From Vicinamibacterales bacterium (GTDB lineage: Bacteria; Acidobacteriota; Vicinamibacteria; Vicinamibacterales; UBA8438): a stretch of DNA of 64,000 nt. The notes below the pieces were generated by a model. The model was not told where the DNA came from. It saw only the letters and a list, made by a program, of their open reading frames with translations, and did no database searches. The stretch covers positions 258,452 to 322,451 of the forward strand of contig OZ220736.1 of the NCBI GenBank assembly GCA_965116825.1, read 5' to 3'. Below, in pieces: positions 9,747 to 24,395 of this stretch; positions within the stretch are counted from its first letter, which is position 1, and every line of letters begins with the position of its first letter. Position numbers and translations under genes: made by a program.

Positions 9747-11165
9747 ATGCCTGCCGGTTCGCCCCGCCTTGATCGCCGGGCCTTCCTGTCGCTCACCGGC
9801 GCCGCGCTGAGCGCCGCGCCGTTTCACGCGCTCGCCGGGCGCGCCGCCGCGGCGGCGCGCGGTCAGGAGCCGGCCGGCGCACGGATCCGGGGCGAGGTCG
9901 GCTACGGCCCGCTGCAACCCGTCCGGGACGAGACGACGGGCCTGCCGCTGCTGCACCTCCCCGCGGGCTTCCGCTACCTGACGTTCGGTTGGACCGGGGA
10001 CCCGCTGGCCGACGGGCGGCCGACGCCCGGACTGCACGACGGCATGGCCGCGTTCGCCGCAACCGGCAGCCGCATACGCCTCGTCCGCAACCACGAGATT
10101 CGGACCGGCGGGGCGTTCGCCGACCGTCCGCTGTACGACGCCGGCGGCGGGGGCGGCACGACGACGGTCGAGTTCGATACCGCGGCCGGGGCGGCGCACG
10201 ATGCCTGGACCAGCCTCGCCGGCACGGCCGTCAACTGCGCCGGCGGCCCCACCCCGTGGGGCTCGTGGCTCACCTGCGAGGAGACCGTGCTCGGCCCGGG
10301 CGCCGACCCTTCGTTCCTGGAATCGGCGCGCCGGCGGTTCGCGACCCCCGACTACGAGCGGCCGCACGGGTACGTCTTCGAGGTCCCGGCCGACGGCGCC
10401 GCGTCGGCGGAGCCGTACCGGGCGATGGGCCGGTTCGTCCACGAGGCGGTGTCCATCGATCCCGCGACCGGCATCGTGTACGAGACCGAGGACCAGGCAA
10501 CCTCCGGGTTCTACCGGTTCCTGCCGCACGAGGCCGGCGTGCTCTCGGCCGGCGGGCGCCTCGAGATGCTCGGCATCGCGGATACGCCCCGCGCCGATCT
10601 TCGCAGCGGCCAGTCGGCGGCGGCCTGGCGGCCGGTGTCCTGGACCCCGATCGACGATCCGGACCCGGCCGCGGTCGACGAGGGCAGCGTGTTCAGGCAG
10701 GGCGTCGCCGGGGACGGTGCGACGTTCGCGCGGCTCGAAGGCACGTGGTACGGCGGCGGCCGAATCTACATCGTGTCGACCACCGGCGGCGAGGCCCAGG
10801 CGGGCCAGGTCTGGGAGTACGATCCGCGGGGCGAGCGGTTGCGGCTGATCTTCGAGTCGCCGGGAAAGAACGTGCTCGACATGCCCGACAACCTCTGCGT
10901 GAGCCCGCGCGGCGGCCTCGTGCTCTGCGAGGACGGCGCTACGGACAACTTCGTTCGCGGCCTCACCCTCGACGGCAGGATCTTCTCGTTCGCGAAGAAC
11001 AGCATCGTCCTCGACGGCGAGAGGAACGGCCTGGCCGGCGACTTCCGCGCCCGCGAGTTCGCCGGCGCCGACTACAGCCCCGACGGCCGCTGGCTCTTCT
11101 TCAACGCGCAGTCGCCGGGAATCACCTTCGCGGTGACGGGTCCGTGGGCCGACGGGCCGCTCTGA
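9747..11165 (+). CDS. PhoX/DUF839 family protein (putative secreted alkaline phosphatase), Tat signal
   Basis: 472-aa ORF. Twin-arginine leader (RLDRRAFLSLTGAAL). Family segments RLVRNHEI, NCAGGPTPWGSWLTCEE, HGYVFEVPA, RAMGRFVHEAVSIDP, DNLCVSPRGGLVLCEDG, EFAGADYSPDGRWLFFNAQSPGITFAVTGPW. Confidence 0.85.
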   Translation: MPAGSPRLDRRAFLSLTGAALSAAPFHALAGRAAAAARGQEPAGARIRGEVGYGPLQPVRDETTGLPLLHLPAGFRYLTFGWTGDPLADGRPTPGLHDGMAAFAATGSRIRLVRNHEIRTGGAFADRPLYDAGGGGGTTTVEFDTAAGAAHDAWTSLAGTAVNCAGGPTPWGSWLTCEETVLGPGADPSFLESARRRFATPDYERPHGYVFEVPADGAASAEPYRAMGRFVHEAVSIDPATGIVYETEDQATSGFYRFLPHEAGVLSAGGRLEMLGIADTPRADLRSGQSAAAWRPVSWTPIDDPDPAAVDEGSVFRQGVAGDGATFARLEGTWYGGGRIYIVSTTGGEAQAGQVWEYDPRGERLRLIFESPGKNVLDMPDNLCVSPRGGLVLCEDGATDNFVRGLTLDGRIFSFAKNSIVLDGERNGLAGDFRAREFAGADYSPDGRWLFFNAQSPGITFAVTGPWADGPL

Positions 11166-11169
11166 TCCC

Positions 11170-12306
11170 GTGCGCCGCATGCGACCCCCGATCGCCCCGG
11201 CCGCCCTGCTCGCGAGCATCCTGCTGCTGACCGGGGCCACGGGGGCGCCCGCCCATCCGCTGACCTTCACGGAAGTGACGCTCGCGTTGCGCGGCGGCGA
11301 CGCGTTCGAGGCGGACCTGATCTACGACCTCGACGCCCTCGCGCTCGGCGCTCCCCTCGCCACCGACGACGCGGAGCTGGCGGCGGCCCTCGCAGGGCTC
11401 TCGCCGGACGAGCTCGCAACGCGCCTCGGCCGCCTGCGCCGGCTGTTCGAGCGGCGGGTGCGAATCCGCTTCGACGGCGACCCCGTCCCGTTCGACGTCT
11501 CCTTTCCCGACCACGGCACCGTCCGGGCGACCGCAGCCGAGATCCCCACCGTGCTCGGGCTGACGGCACGGCTCAGCGGCGCGATTCCCGAGGGCGCGGC
11601 CACCGTCGGGTTCTTCGCCTCGCGCGCGTTCGGCGAGGTGCACCTGACGATCCTCGACCCGGCGCGCGGCATCGAAGCGCGCTCGGTGCTCGAGGCCGGC
11701 GCCCGCAGCGACCCGCTCGAGCTGAGCGTTCCGGCCGCGCCGCCGGGCCGCGCCGCGGTGGCGGCGAGCTACCTGCGCCTCGGGTTCCTCCACATCGTGC
11801 CCGAGGGACTCGACCACATCCTGTTCGTGCTGGGGCTGTTCCTGCTGAGCGCGCGGCTCCGGCCGCTGGTCTGGCAGGTGACGGCGTTCACCGTGGCCCA
11901 CGCGGTGACGCTGACCCTCGCGGCGCTCGAGGTCGTGTCGCTGTCGGCACGGCTCGTCGAGCCCCTGATCGCCTTGTCCATCGTCTACGTGGCGATCGAG
12001 AACGTGTTGACGGATCGGATGACCCGCTGGCGGCCGCCCGTCGTCTTCGGGTTCGGCCTGCTGCACGGGCTCGGCTTCGCCGGGGTGCTCGGCGAGCTGG
12101 GACTCCCCGAGCAGGAGCGCCTGCTCGCGCTGGTCAGCTTCAACGCCGGCATCGAGCTGGGCCAGCTCGCGGTGATCGGGGGCGCCGTGCTGGCGTGCGG
12201 CTGGTTCCGGTCGGCGCCCTGGTACCGGTCGCGGCTCGTGGTGCCGGCGTCGGCCGGCATCGCGCTGATCGGTCTCGTGTGGGCCGTCGAGCGCGTGCTC
12301 TCGTGA
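11170..12306 (+). CDS. HupE/UreJ family membrane protein
   Basis: 378-aa ORF starting 4 nt after the PhoX stop. Signal peptide, then an extracytoplasmic domain. HupE-type TM core HIVPEGLDHILFVLGLFLL..AFTVAHAVTLTLA..GFGLLHGLGFAGVL..FNAGIELGQL. Confidence 0.8.
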   Translation: MRRMRPPIAPAALLASILLLTGATGAPAHPLTFTEVTLALRGGDAFEADLIYDLDALALGAPLATDDAELAAALAGLSPDELATRLGRLRRLFERRVRIRFDGDPVPFDVSFPDHGTVRATAAEIPTVLGLTARLSGAIPEGAATVGFFASRAFGEVHLTILDPARGIEARSVLEAGARSDPLELSVPAAPPGRAAVAASYLRLGFLHIVPEGLDHILFVLGLFLLSARLRPLVWQVTAFTVAHAVTLTLAALEVVSLSARLVEPLIALSIVYVAIENVLTDRMTRWRPPVVFGFGLLHGLGFAGVLGELGLPEQERLLALVSFNAGIELGQLAVIGGAVLACGWFRSAPWYRSRLVVPASAGIALIGLVWAVERVLS

Positions 12307-12345
12307 GCGGCTGCCGCCGCTTCGCGAGGCGCCCGCCGCAGCCGA

Positions 12346-12654
12346 TCAGCCGGACGCGCTGGCCGGCCGGCGGCTGATCAGGCGGCCCACCGCCTTCATC
12401 TTGCTCCAGAAGAAGTCGAACTGGCCGAGGAGCGTCCCGTAGCCGAGCAGCAGCACCTGGTAGACGGGGAGCATCACGACGAGATACACCGCCCACTGCA
12501 CCCAGCCGGGCGCGGTCACGGGCATGATGAACGCCATCACCGGGCCCTTCAACCGCAGCGTGGTCATACCGGCGAGCGAGAAAGCCAGCAGGATGGCGAC
12601 CATGCCCCAGAAACCGACGCCCCAACGGGCCTTCATGCGATCGAAGACGCTCAC
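12346..12654 (-). CDS. Small 3-TM membrane protein (DUF6787-like)
   Basis: 102-aa ORF. MSVFDRMKARWGVGFWGMVAILLAFSLAG.. and ..LPVYQVLLLGYGTLLGQFDFFWSKMKAVGRL resemble, from memory, the small membrane family often mislabelled as diacylglyceryl transferase. Confidence 0.55.
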   Translation of the reverse strand: MSVFDRMKARWGVGFWGMVAILLAFSLAGMTTLRLKGPVMAFIMPVTAPGWVQWAVYLVVMLPVYQVLLLGYGTLLGQFDFFWSKMKAVGRLISRRPASASG

Positions 12655-12877
12655 CGGCCCGGTCCCCCGGAATCCGGCGTCCGCGGCGCCCGGTAAAAAT
12701 CAATCGTCCGTAACACTGCGTGCAAGGCGTGCAACCTCTCTCGTGGCCGAGTAGCGTCCGATCCCGCGTCGGAACTGCACGATCTTACGGTACGGACGCT
12801 TGCGGCACGAACGGAACCGCGCCGCGGCCGATGGAGCGCCGCCAAAACGCGGTCCGCCCGGCGCGGGCGAGGCGGCG

Positions 12878-12886
12878 TGATAAAAT
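12878..12886 (+). promoter_or_regulatory. Extended -10-like element (TGATAAAAT) upstream of the PQQ-propeller gene
   Basis: The only strongly AT-rich patch (gtgataaaattttc) in the 256-bp intergenic region, about 25 nt before the ATG at 12911. It sits in the loop of a GGCGG/CCGCC inverted repeat. No convincing -35 element seen. Confidence 0.2.
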
Positions 12887-12910
12887 TTTCCGCCGCAGAT
12901 CGAACACTCC

Positions 12911-15138
12911 ATGTCAATGAAGGATTGCTGGATGACCAAGACTGCTCACGGCGCGCTGCGCGTGGCCGTCATCGTTCCGTGCCTCGTGCTCCTCGCGTCG
13001 GCCGCCGCGGTGGCCCAGGACTGGCCGAGCTGGCGGGGCCGGCTGCAGACGGGCGTATCGGATCAGACCGGACTCGTCTCGAACTGGTCGGTCGACGGCG
13101 AGAACCTGATCTGGTTCCAGGAGTACACAGCCCGCTCCACCCCCGCCGTCTTCGACGGGCGCGTCTGCGCCAACGGGCGCATCGGCGACGGGGTCGAGAA
13201 GAAGGAAATCGTCACCTGCTGGAACGCCGAGAACGGCTCGAAGCTGTGGGAGCACACCTTCAGCGTTCTGAACACCACCGTCCCCTTCAACCGGGTCGGC
13301 TGGGGCAGCGTGACCGGGGATCCGGAGACCGGGCACCTCTACGCGCTGAACGTCGACGGGCACCTGCACTGCTTCGACCGCGACGGCGACGTCGTGTGGA
13401 GCTGGCGCCTGTCGGAGGATCTCGGGCGCGCGTCAGGTTACGGCGGGCGGACCTCGTCGCCGATCATCGACGAGGACCGGCTGATTCTGGGCGTGATCGG
13501 CTCGGCCTGGGGCAGCCTCGGCGGTCCCCCGCGGCACCGCTACGCGGCGTTCGACAAGCTGACCGGCCGCGTCCGCTGGGTCTCGACGCCGGGCGGGCAG
13601 CCAGCCGACCTGAACACGCAGTCGGTTCCCATCGTCGCCGTCGTCGACGGCCGGCGGCTGATCATCGACGGCAACGCCGACGGGCACATCTACGCCATGC
13701 AGGCGCGCACCGGCGTCAAGGTCTGGGGGTTCCGCCTGAGCCAGCGCGGCATCAACGTGTCGCCGGTCATCGACGGCACGACCGTCTACGTCGCGCACAG
13801 CGAGGAGAACATCGACCAGGGCACGATGGGCCGGGTGGTGGCGATCGACGCGACGGGCAGCGGCGACATCACCTCCACCGGCGAGCTGTGGCGGGTCGAT
13901 GACCTGGCCGTCGGGTTCTCGTCGCCGCTGATTCACGACGGGACGCTGTACGTCATCGACAACTCGCGAACCTGGTCGCCCTCGACGCCGCCAGCGGGGC
14001 CGTCCAGTGGGAGTACAGCATCGGCAACGTCGGCAAGTCCTCGCCGGTCTGGGCGGACGGAAAGCTCTACCTGACCGAGACCAACGGCAACGTGCACATC
14101 CTGCGGGTGGGCCCGGACGGTCCAACGGCTCTCGATCACGACGAGCTCGAAGTGTCCGACGGCCGCTACGCGGAGATCTACGGCTCGTTCGCACCGGCCT
14201 ACGGCCGGCTCTACGTCACCGCCGAGTCGGGCATCTACTGCATCGGCGATCCGGACGCGGCGTTCTCCGCGACACCGGCCGCCAGTCCCGATCTCGGCGC
14301 CGAGGCCGCGTCGACGGGCACGGTCGCGAACCTGCAGGTGGTGCCGGCGGAAGTCATCGCCGCCGCCGGCGAGACCATCAACTTCCGCCTGCTGGCGTTC
14401 GACGACAACGGGCAGCCGGTGGACACGCCGTCGGCCACCTGGGCGCTCGACGGGCTGACCGGCTCGCGGCTGCGCGTCAACGGCGAGTTCCAGTCGAGCC
14501 CGCAATCGACCAACCAGGCGGGGCAGGTGGTCGCGACGGCCGGCGGCGTCTCCGCCGCGGCGCGCGTGCGGATATTCTCTCCGCTGCCCTGGACCGAGAA
14601 CTTCGAAAACGGCCGCCCGCCCCACTGGATCGGCGGCGGCGGCAGCCTGGCCGCGGTCGAGCTCGACGGCGACCAGGTGTTCCGCAAGGGCGCGTCGCGC
14701 ACCGGCATCCACCGGCACGCCATCTACGTCGGCCCGTCCTACCTGTCGAACTACACGGTGCAGGTGGACGCGATGTCGACCCAGCGGGGGCGCCGCCGGC
14801 CGGACATCGGGCTGATCAACAGCGGCTACACCATGGACATGCAGGGCAACCACCAGCGGATCGAGGTCCGTTCGTGGGCGGCCGAGCTGCGCATGGCCGA
14901 GCGCTTCCCGTTCGCGTGGGAGCCGAACGTCTGGTACACCCTGAAGCTGCGCGTCGACACCGACGACGAGCGGGCGCTGGTCCGCGGGAAGGTCTGGCCG
15001 CGCGGCGAGGCCGAGCCCGACGACTGGACCGTGACCGTGGAGGACCCCGAACCGGTGCGCGCGGGAAGCCCCGGTCTCATCGGCTACTCGCCGATCGACA
15101 TCTACTTCGACAACGTCCGCGTGATGGAGAACCCATGA
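12911..15138 (+). pseudogene. Secreted PQQ-like beta-propeller protein with Ig-like and jelly-roll-like C-terminal regions; frame broken near 13964-13969
   Basis: Track ORFs 12911..14074 and 14092..15138 are two halves of one protein. Frame 2 reads sensibly to ..HDGTLYVIDNS, then becomes Ser/Pro junk. Frame 1 resumes immediately with ANLVALDAASGAVQWEYSIGNVGKSSPVWADGKLYLTETNGNVHILRV, a canonical PQQ-propeller blade that continues into the 348-aa ORF. Total span is 2228 nt, one nucleotide short of a multiple of 3. Confidence 0.8.
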
Positions 15139-16580
15139 CTCGACAGGCCCTGATTCTCGCCACCGCCTTCCTGCTCGCCGTCACCGCCGCCGCCTCGGCG
15201 CAGGACGTCGCGATGTTCGGCAACACTCCGTCCCGGAACATGGTGTCGGACGACACCGGCATCCTGAGCGAATGGGACGTCGACACCGGCATGAACGTGC
15301 TCTGGTCGCAGCCGGTCGGCTCGCAGGCCTACGGCGGCCCGGTCGTCGCCAACGGCCGCGTCTACGTCGGCACCAACAACGAGGGGCGCCGCGATCCGTC
15401 GATCGAGGGCGACAAGGGCGTCGTGATGGCGTTCGACGCCGCGAGCGGCGACTTCATCTGGCAGATGGTCCATCCCAAGCTGTCGTCCGGTCGCGTGAAC
15501 GACTGGCCGCTGCAGGGCGTCTGCTCGACCGCCTTCATGGAGGGCGACCGCATCTACTACATCTCGAACGAGGCGCACATCGTCTGCCTCGACGCGAAGG
15601 GACTGGCCGACGGCAACGACGGGCCGTTCATGGACGAGATCGAGACCGGGCCCATGGCGGGCGACATCATCTGGTCCTACGACATGATCAACGAGCTCGA
15701 CGTCTTCCCGCACAACCTCGCCACGGGCTCGCCGCTCATCATCGGCGACGTCCTCTACACGGTGACCAGCAACGGCGTCGACGAGGGGCACGTCAACATC
15801 CCGTCGCCCTTCTCGCCCGACTTCATCGCGCTGGACAAGAACACCGGCGAGCTGCTGTGGGAGAGCAACCCGGTCGGCGAGAACGTCCTGCACGGCGCCT
15901 GGACGAACCCCGCCTACGCGGAGATCGACGGCCGCGGGCAGGTCATCTTCCCGGGCGGCAACGGCGTGCTCTACAGCCTCGACGCCGAGACCGGCGAGCT
16001 GATCTGGGAGTTCGATTGCAATCCCGAGGATTCGGAGTGGATCCTCGGCGGGCGCGGCACGCGCAACAACATCCTCGCGACGCCGGTGGTCTACGACGAC
16101 AAGGTCTACATCGGGGTCGGGCAGGACCCGGAGCACGGCGAGGCGCCCGGCCACTTCTACGCGATCGACGCCACCGGGACGGGCGACGTGACCGATACGC
16201 ACGTGGTCTGGCACCGCGGCGGCGAGGACTTCTACCGCACCATGTCGACCGCGGCCATCGCCGACGGCGTGCTCTACATCTCCAGCCTCTCGGGCTTCCT
16301 GCATGCTCTGGACCCGCAGACCGGCGAGCACTTCTGGACCTACGACACCTTCGCCGCCGTCTGGGGCTCGCCCTACGTGGTCGACGGCAAGGTCTTCCTC
16401 GGCGACGAGGACGGCGACGTGGTGGTCCTGCGGGCCGGACGGGAGATGGAGTTGCTCGGGGAGTACAACCTCGGCGCCGCCGTCTACTGCACGCCGGTCA
16501 CCAGCGACGGGGTGCTGTACATCCTGACCCGCAACCGCATCTGGGCGTTCCAGGAAGGCGCGCAGTCGGAGCCGTTCTGA
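15135..16580 (+). CDS. Secreted PQQ-like beta-propeller repeat protein
   Basis: Last 481 aa of the 857-aa track ORF. MTRQALILATAFLLAVTAAASAQ signal, then repeated blades (ANGRVYVGTNN.., VMAFDAASGDFIWQ, YSLDAETGELIWEF, LHALDPQTGEHFWTY, VDGKVFLGDEDGDV). ATGA overlap with the previous gene at 15135-15138. Confidence 0.88.
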   Translation: MTRQALILATAFLLAVTAAASAQDVAMFGNTPSRNMVSDDTGILSEWDVDTGMNVLWSQPVGSQAYGGPVVANGRVYVGTNNEGRRDPSIEGDKGVVMAFDAASGDFIWQMVHPKLSSGRVNDWPLQGVCSTAFMEGDRIYYISNEAHIVCLDAKGLADGNDGPFMDEIETGPMAGDIIWSYDMINELDVFPHNLATGSPLIIGDVLYTVTSNGVDEGHVNIPSPFSPDFIALDKNTGELLWESNPVGENVLHGAWTNPAYAEIDGRGQVIFPGGNGVLYSLDAETGELIWEFDCNPEDSEWILGGRGTRNNILATPVVYDDKVYIGVGQDPEHGEAPGHFYAIDATGTGDVTDTHVVWHRGGEDFYRTMSTAAIADGVLYISSLSGFLHALDPQTGEHFWTYDTFAAVWGSPYVVDGKVFLGDEDGDVVVLRAGREMELLGEYNLGAAVYCTPVTSDGVLYILTRNRIWAFQEGAQSEPF

Positions 16581-16584
16581 GCCG

Positions 16585-17163
16585 ATGGTGCTGACGCCGT
16601 CGACGATGCTCGAGCTCGGGACGCGGGCGCCCGACTTCACGCTGCCCGACGCCAGCGGGAACCCGGTGGCACTGGCGGAGTTCGCCGGCGCGCCGGCCAC
16701 CGTGGCCGTCTTCATGTGCAACCACTGCCCGTACGTGAAGCACCTGAAGACGGCGCTGGCGGAGTTCGCGCACGAGTACGCGACCCGCGAGGTCGCCGTC
16801 ATCGGCATCAACGCGAACGACGCCGAGGCGCACCCCGCGGACGGCCCCGAAGCGATGATCGCCGACATCGCCGCGTTCGGCTACGTCTTCCCCTACCTGA
16901 TCGACGCCGCGCAGGAGGTCGCCAAGGCGTACCGCGCGGCGTGCACGCCGGACTTCTACGTCTTCGACGCGGACCTGCGCCTGGTCTACCGGGGGCGATT
17001 CGACGAGAGCCGGCCCGAGAGCGACGTTCCGGTGACCGGCAGAGACCTGCGCGCGGCGGTCGACACCGTCCTCGCCGGCCAAGCCCCCGCCGGCGAGCAG
17101 AAGCCGAGCATCGGCTGCAACATCAAGTGGAAGCCGGGCAACGAGCCCGACTACTTCGGATAG
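16585..17163 (+). CDS. Thioredoxin-fold thiol-disulfide oxidoreductase (redoxin/TlpA-like)
   Basis: 192-aa ORF, 4 nt after the propeller gene. CxxC motif in VFMCNHCPYVKH. INANDAEAHPADGPEAM and CTPDFYVFD segments typical of this family. Confidence 0.8.
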   Translation: MVLTPSTMLELGTRAPDFTLPDASGNPVALAEFAGAPATVAVFMCNHCPYVKHLKTALAEFAHEYATREVAVIGINANDAEAHPADGPEAMIADIAAFGYVFPYLIDAAQEVAKAYRAACTPDFYVFDADLRLVYRGRFDESRPESDVPVTGRDLRAAVDTVLAGQAPAGEQKPSIGCNIKWKPGNEPDYFG

Positions 17164-19026
17164 TCAGTCCCGCACCCTCGGGATCATTTCGGTGGTCATT
17201 CGCTCGCCGGCGCGCAGGAAGACCACCTCGGCCGGCTCGTCCACCTTCAGCAGGTCGAGCGCGTACATGTAGTCGTAGATGTTCGTGACGCTCTGCCCGG
17301 CGAGACCGACGATGACGTCCCCGCCCTGCAGGCCGGCCGCCTCGGCCGGGCCGCCGCCGATGACGCCCGAGAGCGACAGCCCCTCGACCTCCTGCGTGTA
17401 GTCGGGAATGGTGCCGGTGAAGATGCGCATCGTCGCGCCGCCGCCCCGCTGCTGCACCCGCTCCACCCGGATGAAGTCGGGCGCGTCCGGCCGGTTCGCG
17501 AGATTCGCGGTCACGGCCGTCGCGAGGTCGACGACGCGGTCGAGACCCGCGTAGTCGAGCGTGTCGGCGTCGTCGGTCGGCCGGTGGTAGTCCTCGTGGC
17601 TGCCGGTGAAGAAGTTCAGGCTGGGCACGTTGGCGGCGTTGAGGCTCCCGACGTCGGTCGGCAGGTAGGGATCGGCGACGAACGTGAGGTCGAGCCCGAC
17701 CGGCGCGTTCAGCTCCTCGGCCAGATCGGTCCAGATGGAGCTGCTGCCGACCGCCTGCAGATTGAGCGGGTCGTCCTCCAGCCGGCCAACCATGTCGAAG
17801 TTCAGATACGCGGCGATCCCGTCCAGCGGCACCGGCGCCTGCGCGACGAAGTCCGCGGACCCCAGCAGCCCCAGCTCCTCCCCGGACCAGAACGCGAGGG
17901 CTACCCCCCGGCCGCGCTCGGCGGCGGCCAGCCGGGCGCCCACCGACAGCACGGCGGCCACGCCGGAGGCGTTGTCGTCGGCGCCGTTGTGGATCTGCCC
18001 CGCCTCGTCGCCGCGGGCCAGCGAGTCGCCCGCGCGCCCCCGGCCGAGGTGGTCGTAGTGGGCGCCGAGCAGCACGTACGGCTCGTCCAGCGCCTCGGTT
18101 CCGGTCGGCGGCAGGTAGCCGATGACGTTGTATCCGGTAGCATCCTGCTTGTCGAGCCGCACGTCGAGGGAACCCTCGAGCGGGAGGTCGAAGCCCGTGA
18201 CGTGCGGGTTGGCGGTATCGAGCGAGGCCTGCACCTCCTCGATGGAATCCCCGGCGCTCTCGATGATCGCCGCCCCGATCTCGCCGTCCACCGTGGCGGC
18301 GACGATGCCCGAGTCGCTGACCGCGGTGTCGAAGGTCAGCGGGACCAGCGCCCCGGCGTTGGGCGACCGCGGCCCGGTGACGACGATGAGCCCCGCGGCG
18401 CCCCGCTCGCGGGCCGCGAGCGCCTTGTAGCGGAGCCCCGCGTAGCGCGCCAGCGTCGCGCGCAACTCTCCCTCGGTGTCCTCCGGGAAGTAGCGGAACA
18501 CGACAACAATCTTGTCGGTGACGTCCAGCGTCGCGTAGCTGTCGTAGCCGAAGTCGTCCGTCTCGGGCACCGAAAGGCCGTAGCCGGCGAAGATGAACTC
18601 TCCCTCCGCCCTGCCCGTGTCCGAGAACGACAGCGCTCTGATGGACGGCGCTCCGGAGTCCCCGTTCGACGATCCCGTGGAGCTGGACGACACGGTAATG
18701 CTGGTCGTCGCTCCGCCGTCGGCGCCCTCGACATGGAGAGTCGTACCGCTGTCGGTCACGCCCGCCGTATAGGAGAACGCCTGCCGGAAACCGCCCACGC
18801 CCGGCAGCGGCTCCGCCCCGATGGCCTCGAGCCGCTCGATGATGTAGTCGGCCGCCATGCGGATGCCCGGCGAGCCCGTGAGCCGCCCTTCGAGCTCGTC
18901 GTCGGCCAGGTACTCGACGATCGCCCGCGTGTCGAACGACGCCGGCTCCTGCCCGGCGGCAAGCCCCGGGGCGCCGAGCGATACGAGCAGCAGCAACAGG
19001 AAAGGGTGCGTCTTGGTCGATGGCAT
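17164..19026 (-). CDS. M28 family aminopeptidase with PA and C-terminal PDZ domains
   Basis: Last 620 aa of the 795-aa track ORF. Signal MPSTKTHPFLLLLLVSLGAPGLAAGQ. Metal-ligand segments GADDNASGVAAVL, WSGEELGLLGS, NFDMVG, GSHEDYHRPTDD. C-terminal PDZ GPAEAAGLQGGDVIVGLAGQSV. Confidence 0.88.
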   Translation of the reverse strand: MPSTKTHPFLLLLLVSLGAPGLAAGQEPASFDTRAIVEYLADDELEGRLTGSPGIRMAADYIIERLEAIGAEPLPGVGGFRQAFSYTAGVTDSGTTLHVEGADGGATTSITVSSSSTGSSNGDSGAPSIRALSFSDTGRAEGEFIFAGYGLSVPETDDFGYDSYATLDVTDKIVVVFRYFPEDTEGELRATLARYAGLRYKALAARERGAAGLIVVTGPRSPNAGALVPLTFDTAVSDSGIVAATVDGEIGAAIIESAGDSIEEVQASLDTANPHVTGFDLPLEGSLDVRLDKQDATGYNVIGYLPPTGTEALDEPYVLLGAHYDHLGRGRAGDSLARGDEAGQIHNGADDNASGVAAVLSVGARLAAAERGRGVALAFWSGEELGLLGSADFVAQAPVPLDGIAAYLNFDMVGRLEDDPLNLQAVGSSSIWTDLAEELNAPVGLDLTFVADPYLPTDVGSLNAANVPSLNFFTGSHEDYHRPTDDADTLDYAGLDRVVDLATAVTANLANRPDAPDFIRVERVQQRGGGATMRIFTGTIPDYTQEVEGLSLSGVIGGGPAEAAGLQGGDVIVGLAGQSVTNIYDYMYALDLLKVDEPAEVVFLRAGERMTTEMIPRVRD

Positions 19027-19064
19027 CTGTGTTCCTCGCCGCCGGCTGCCGGCGGCCCAACGGC

Positions 19065-19730
19065 TCATGGGAGCCGCACCACGCGTGATCCGAAGCGCAG
19101 GGAGCGCGAGTCGGCTTCCCACGCGAACGCATCGGTCTCCAGGTCGGACAGGTAACGCCGCACGCCGGTGCGCGCGTCGACCGCCTCCACCCACGTCGTC
19201 CGGTCGTTCGAGACGACGAACGCCAGGGCCGAAGCATCCGGCGACCACGCGGGTCCGCTCAGCGTGCGGTGCTCGAAGCCGTTCGGCGATCCGTCGAGGT
19301 GCCGCAGGTCGACCAGATGCGTCGTCCGCCGGAGGTCGGCCGACAACACCCAGAGACCGTCCCGCGCGACCACGGCCAATCTGCCCCCGTCCGGCGACCA
19401 GGCCGGGTCGCAGGCTCCCGGACCGAGCGCCGCCTGCCGCGTGGTCGACCCGTCCCGTACCCAGACGTGCGTGGGCGGAATCGAACGTCCCGCCCGCTCG
19501 ATGGCCAGACCCGGCACCTCGGCGCAGATGGCCACGCGTCCCTTGTGCCACGCGGCCGTGACGACCCGCAACGCGCCCGGCGGCACGGCCGGCGTGCGGG
19601 GCGAGCCGTCCGGCAGCCCCCCGCGGTGAGCCGGGGGCTGCACGGACCGCGCCGGGACCGGCGCCGTCGCGATCAGCAGCAGGAGCGCGGCCACTACCGA
19701 GCGAGCCGCGGTCGGAACGAGCGGACGCAT
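19065..19730 (-). CDS. TolB-like/WD40-like beta-propeller fragment protein, secreted
   Basis: 236-aa ORF. The likely start is the internal ATG (MRPLVPTAARSVVAALLLLIATAP signal). Repeated WSPDGGRLAVVARDG / WSPDASALAFVV motifs. Confidence 0.55.
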   Translation of the reverse strand: MRPLVPTAARSVVAALLLLIATAPVPARSVQPPAHRGGLPDGSPRTPAVPPGALRVVTAAWHKGRVAICAEVPGLAIERAGRSIPPTHVWVRDGSTTRQAALGPGACDPAWSPDGGRLAVVARDGLWVLSADLRRTTHLVDLRHLDGSPNGFEHRTLSGPAWSPDASALAFVVSNDRTTWVEAVDARTGVRRYLSDLETDAFAWEADSRSLRFGSRVVRLP

Positions 19731-19779
19731 GCTGCCCACTCTACCCGATGCGCTCCCGCCTTGCCGTCCCGGCAACGCA

Positions 19780-24150
<4,371 letters not shown>

Positions 24151-24395
24151 CGACCATCAGATAGTACCCCGCAACGGCCGGGACCCTCGACACCGGCCAG
24201 TCGAGGCGGACCCGCCCGCTGGTTGCACGACGTCGTTGTGAGATGAGCGTCCGGCGAGCGCTAGGCGGCGCCAGGCAGCACTTGCGGCTCCGTCGCTCCC
24301 GCGCAGCACCGAGCGCGGCGAGGCGCCCGCGTGGCAAGGCGCGACGAGGCGCGGCCCACGCAAGTCCTCATTTTCCTGTCGTGCACCCCGCCCAC

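Noticed and set aside
12700-12939. 79-aa minus-strand ORF beginning ..MECSICGGKFYHA (zinc-ribbon-like start) in the 12655-12910 intergenic region
   Set aside because: There is only one CxxC pair and the rest is Arg/Ala-rich. It overlaps the start of the PQQ gene and has no SD. It is more likely chance.
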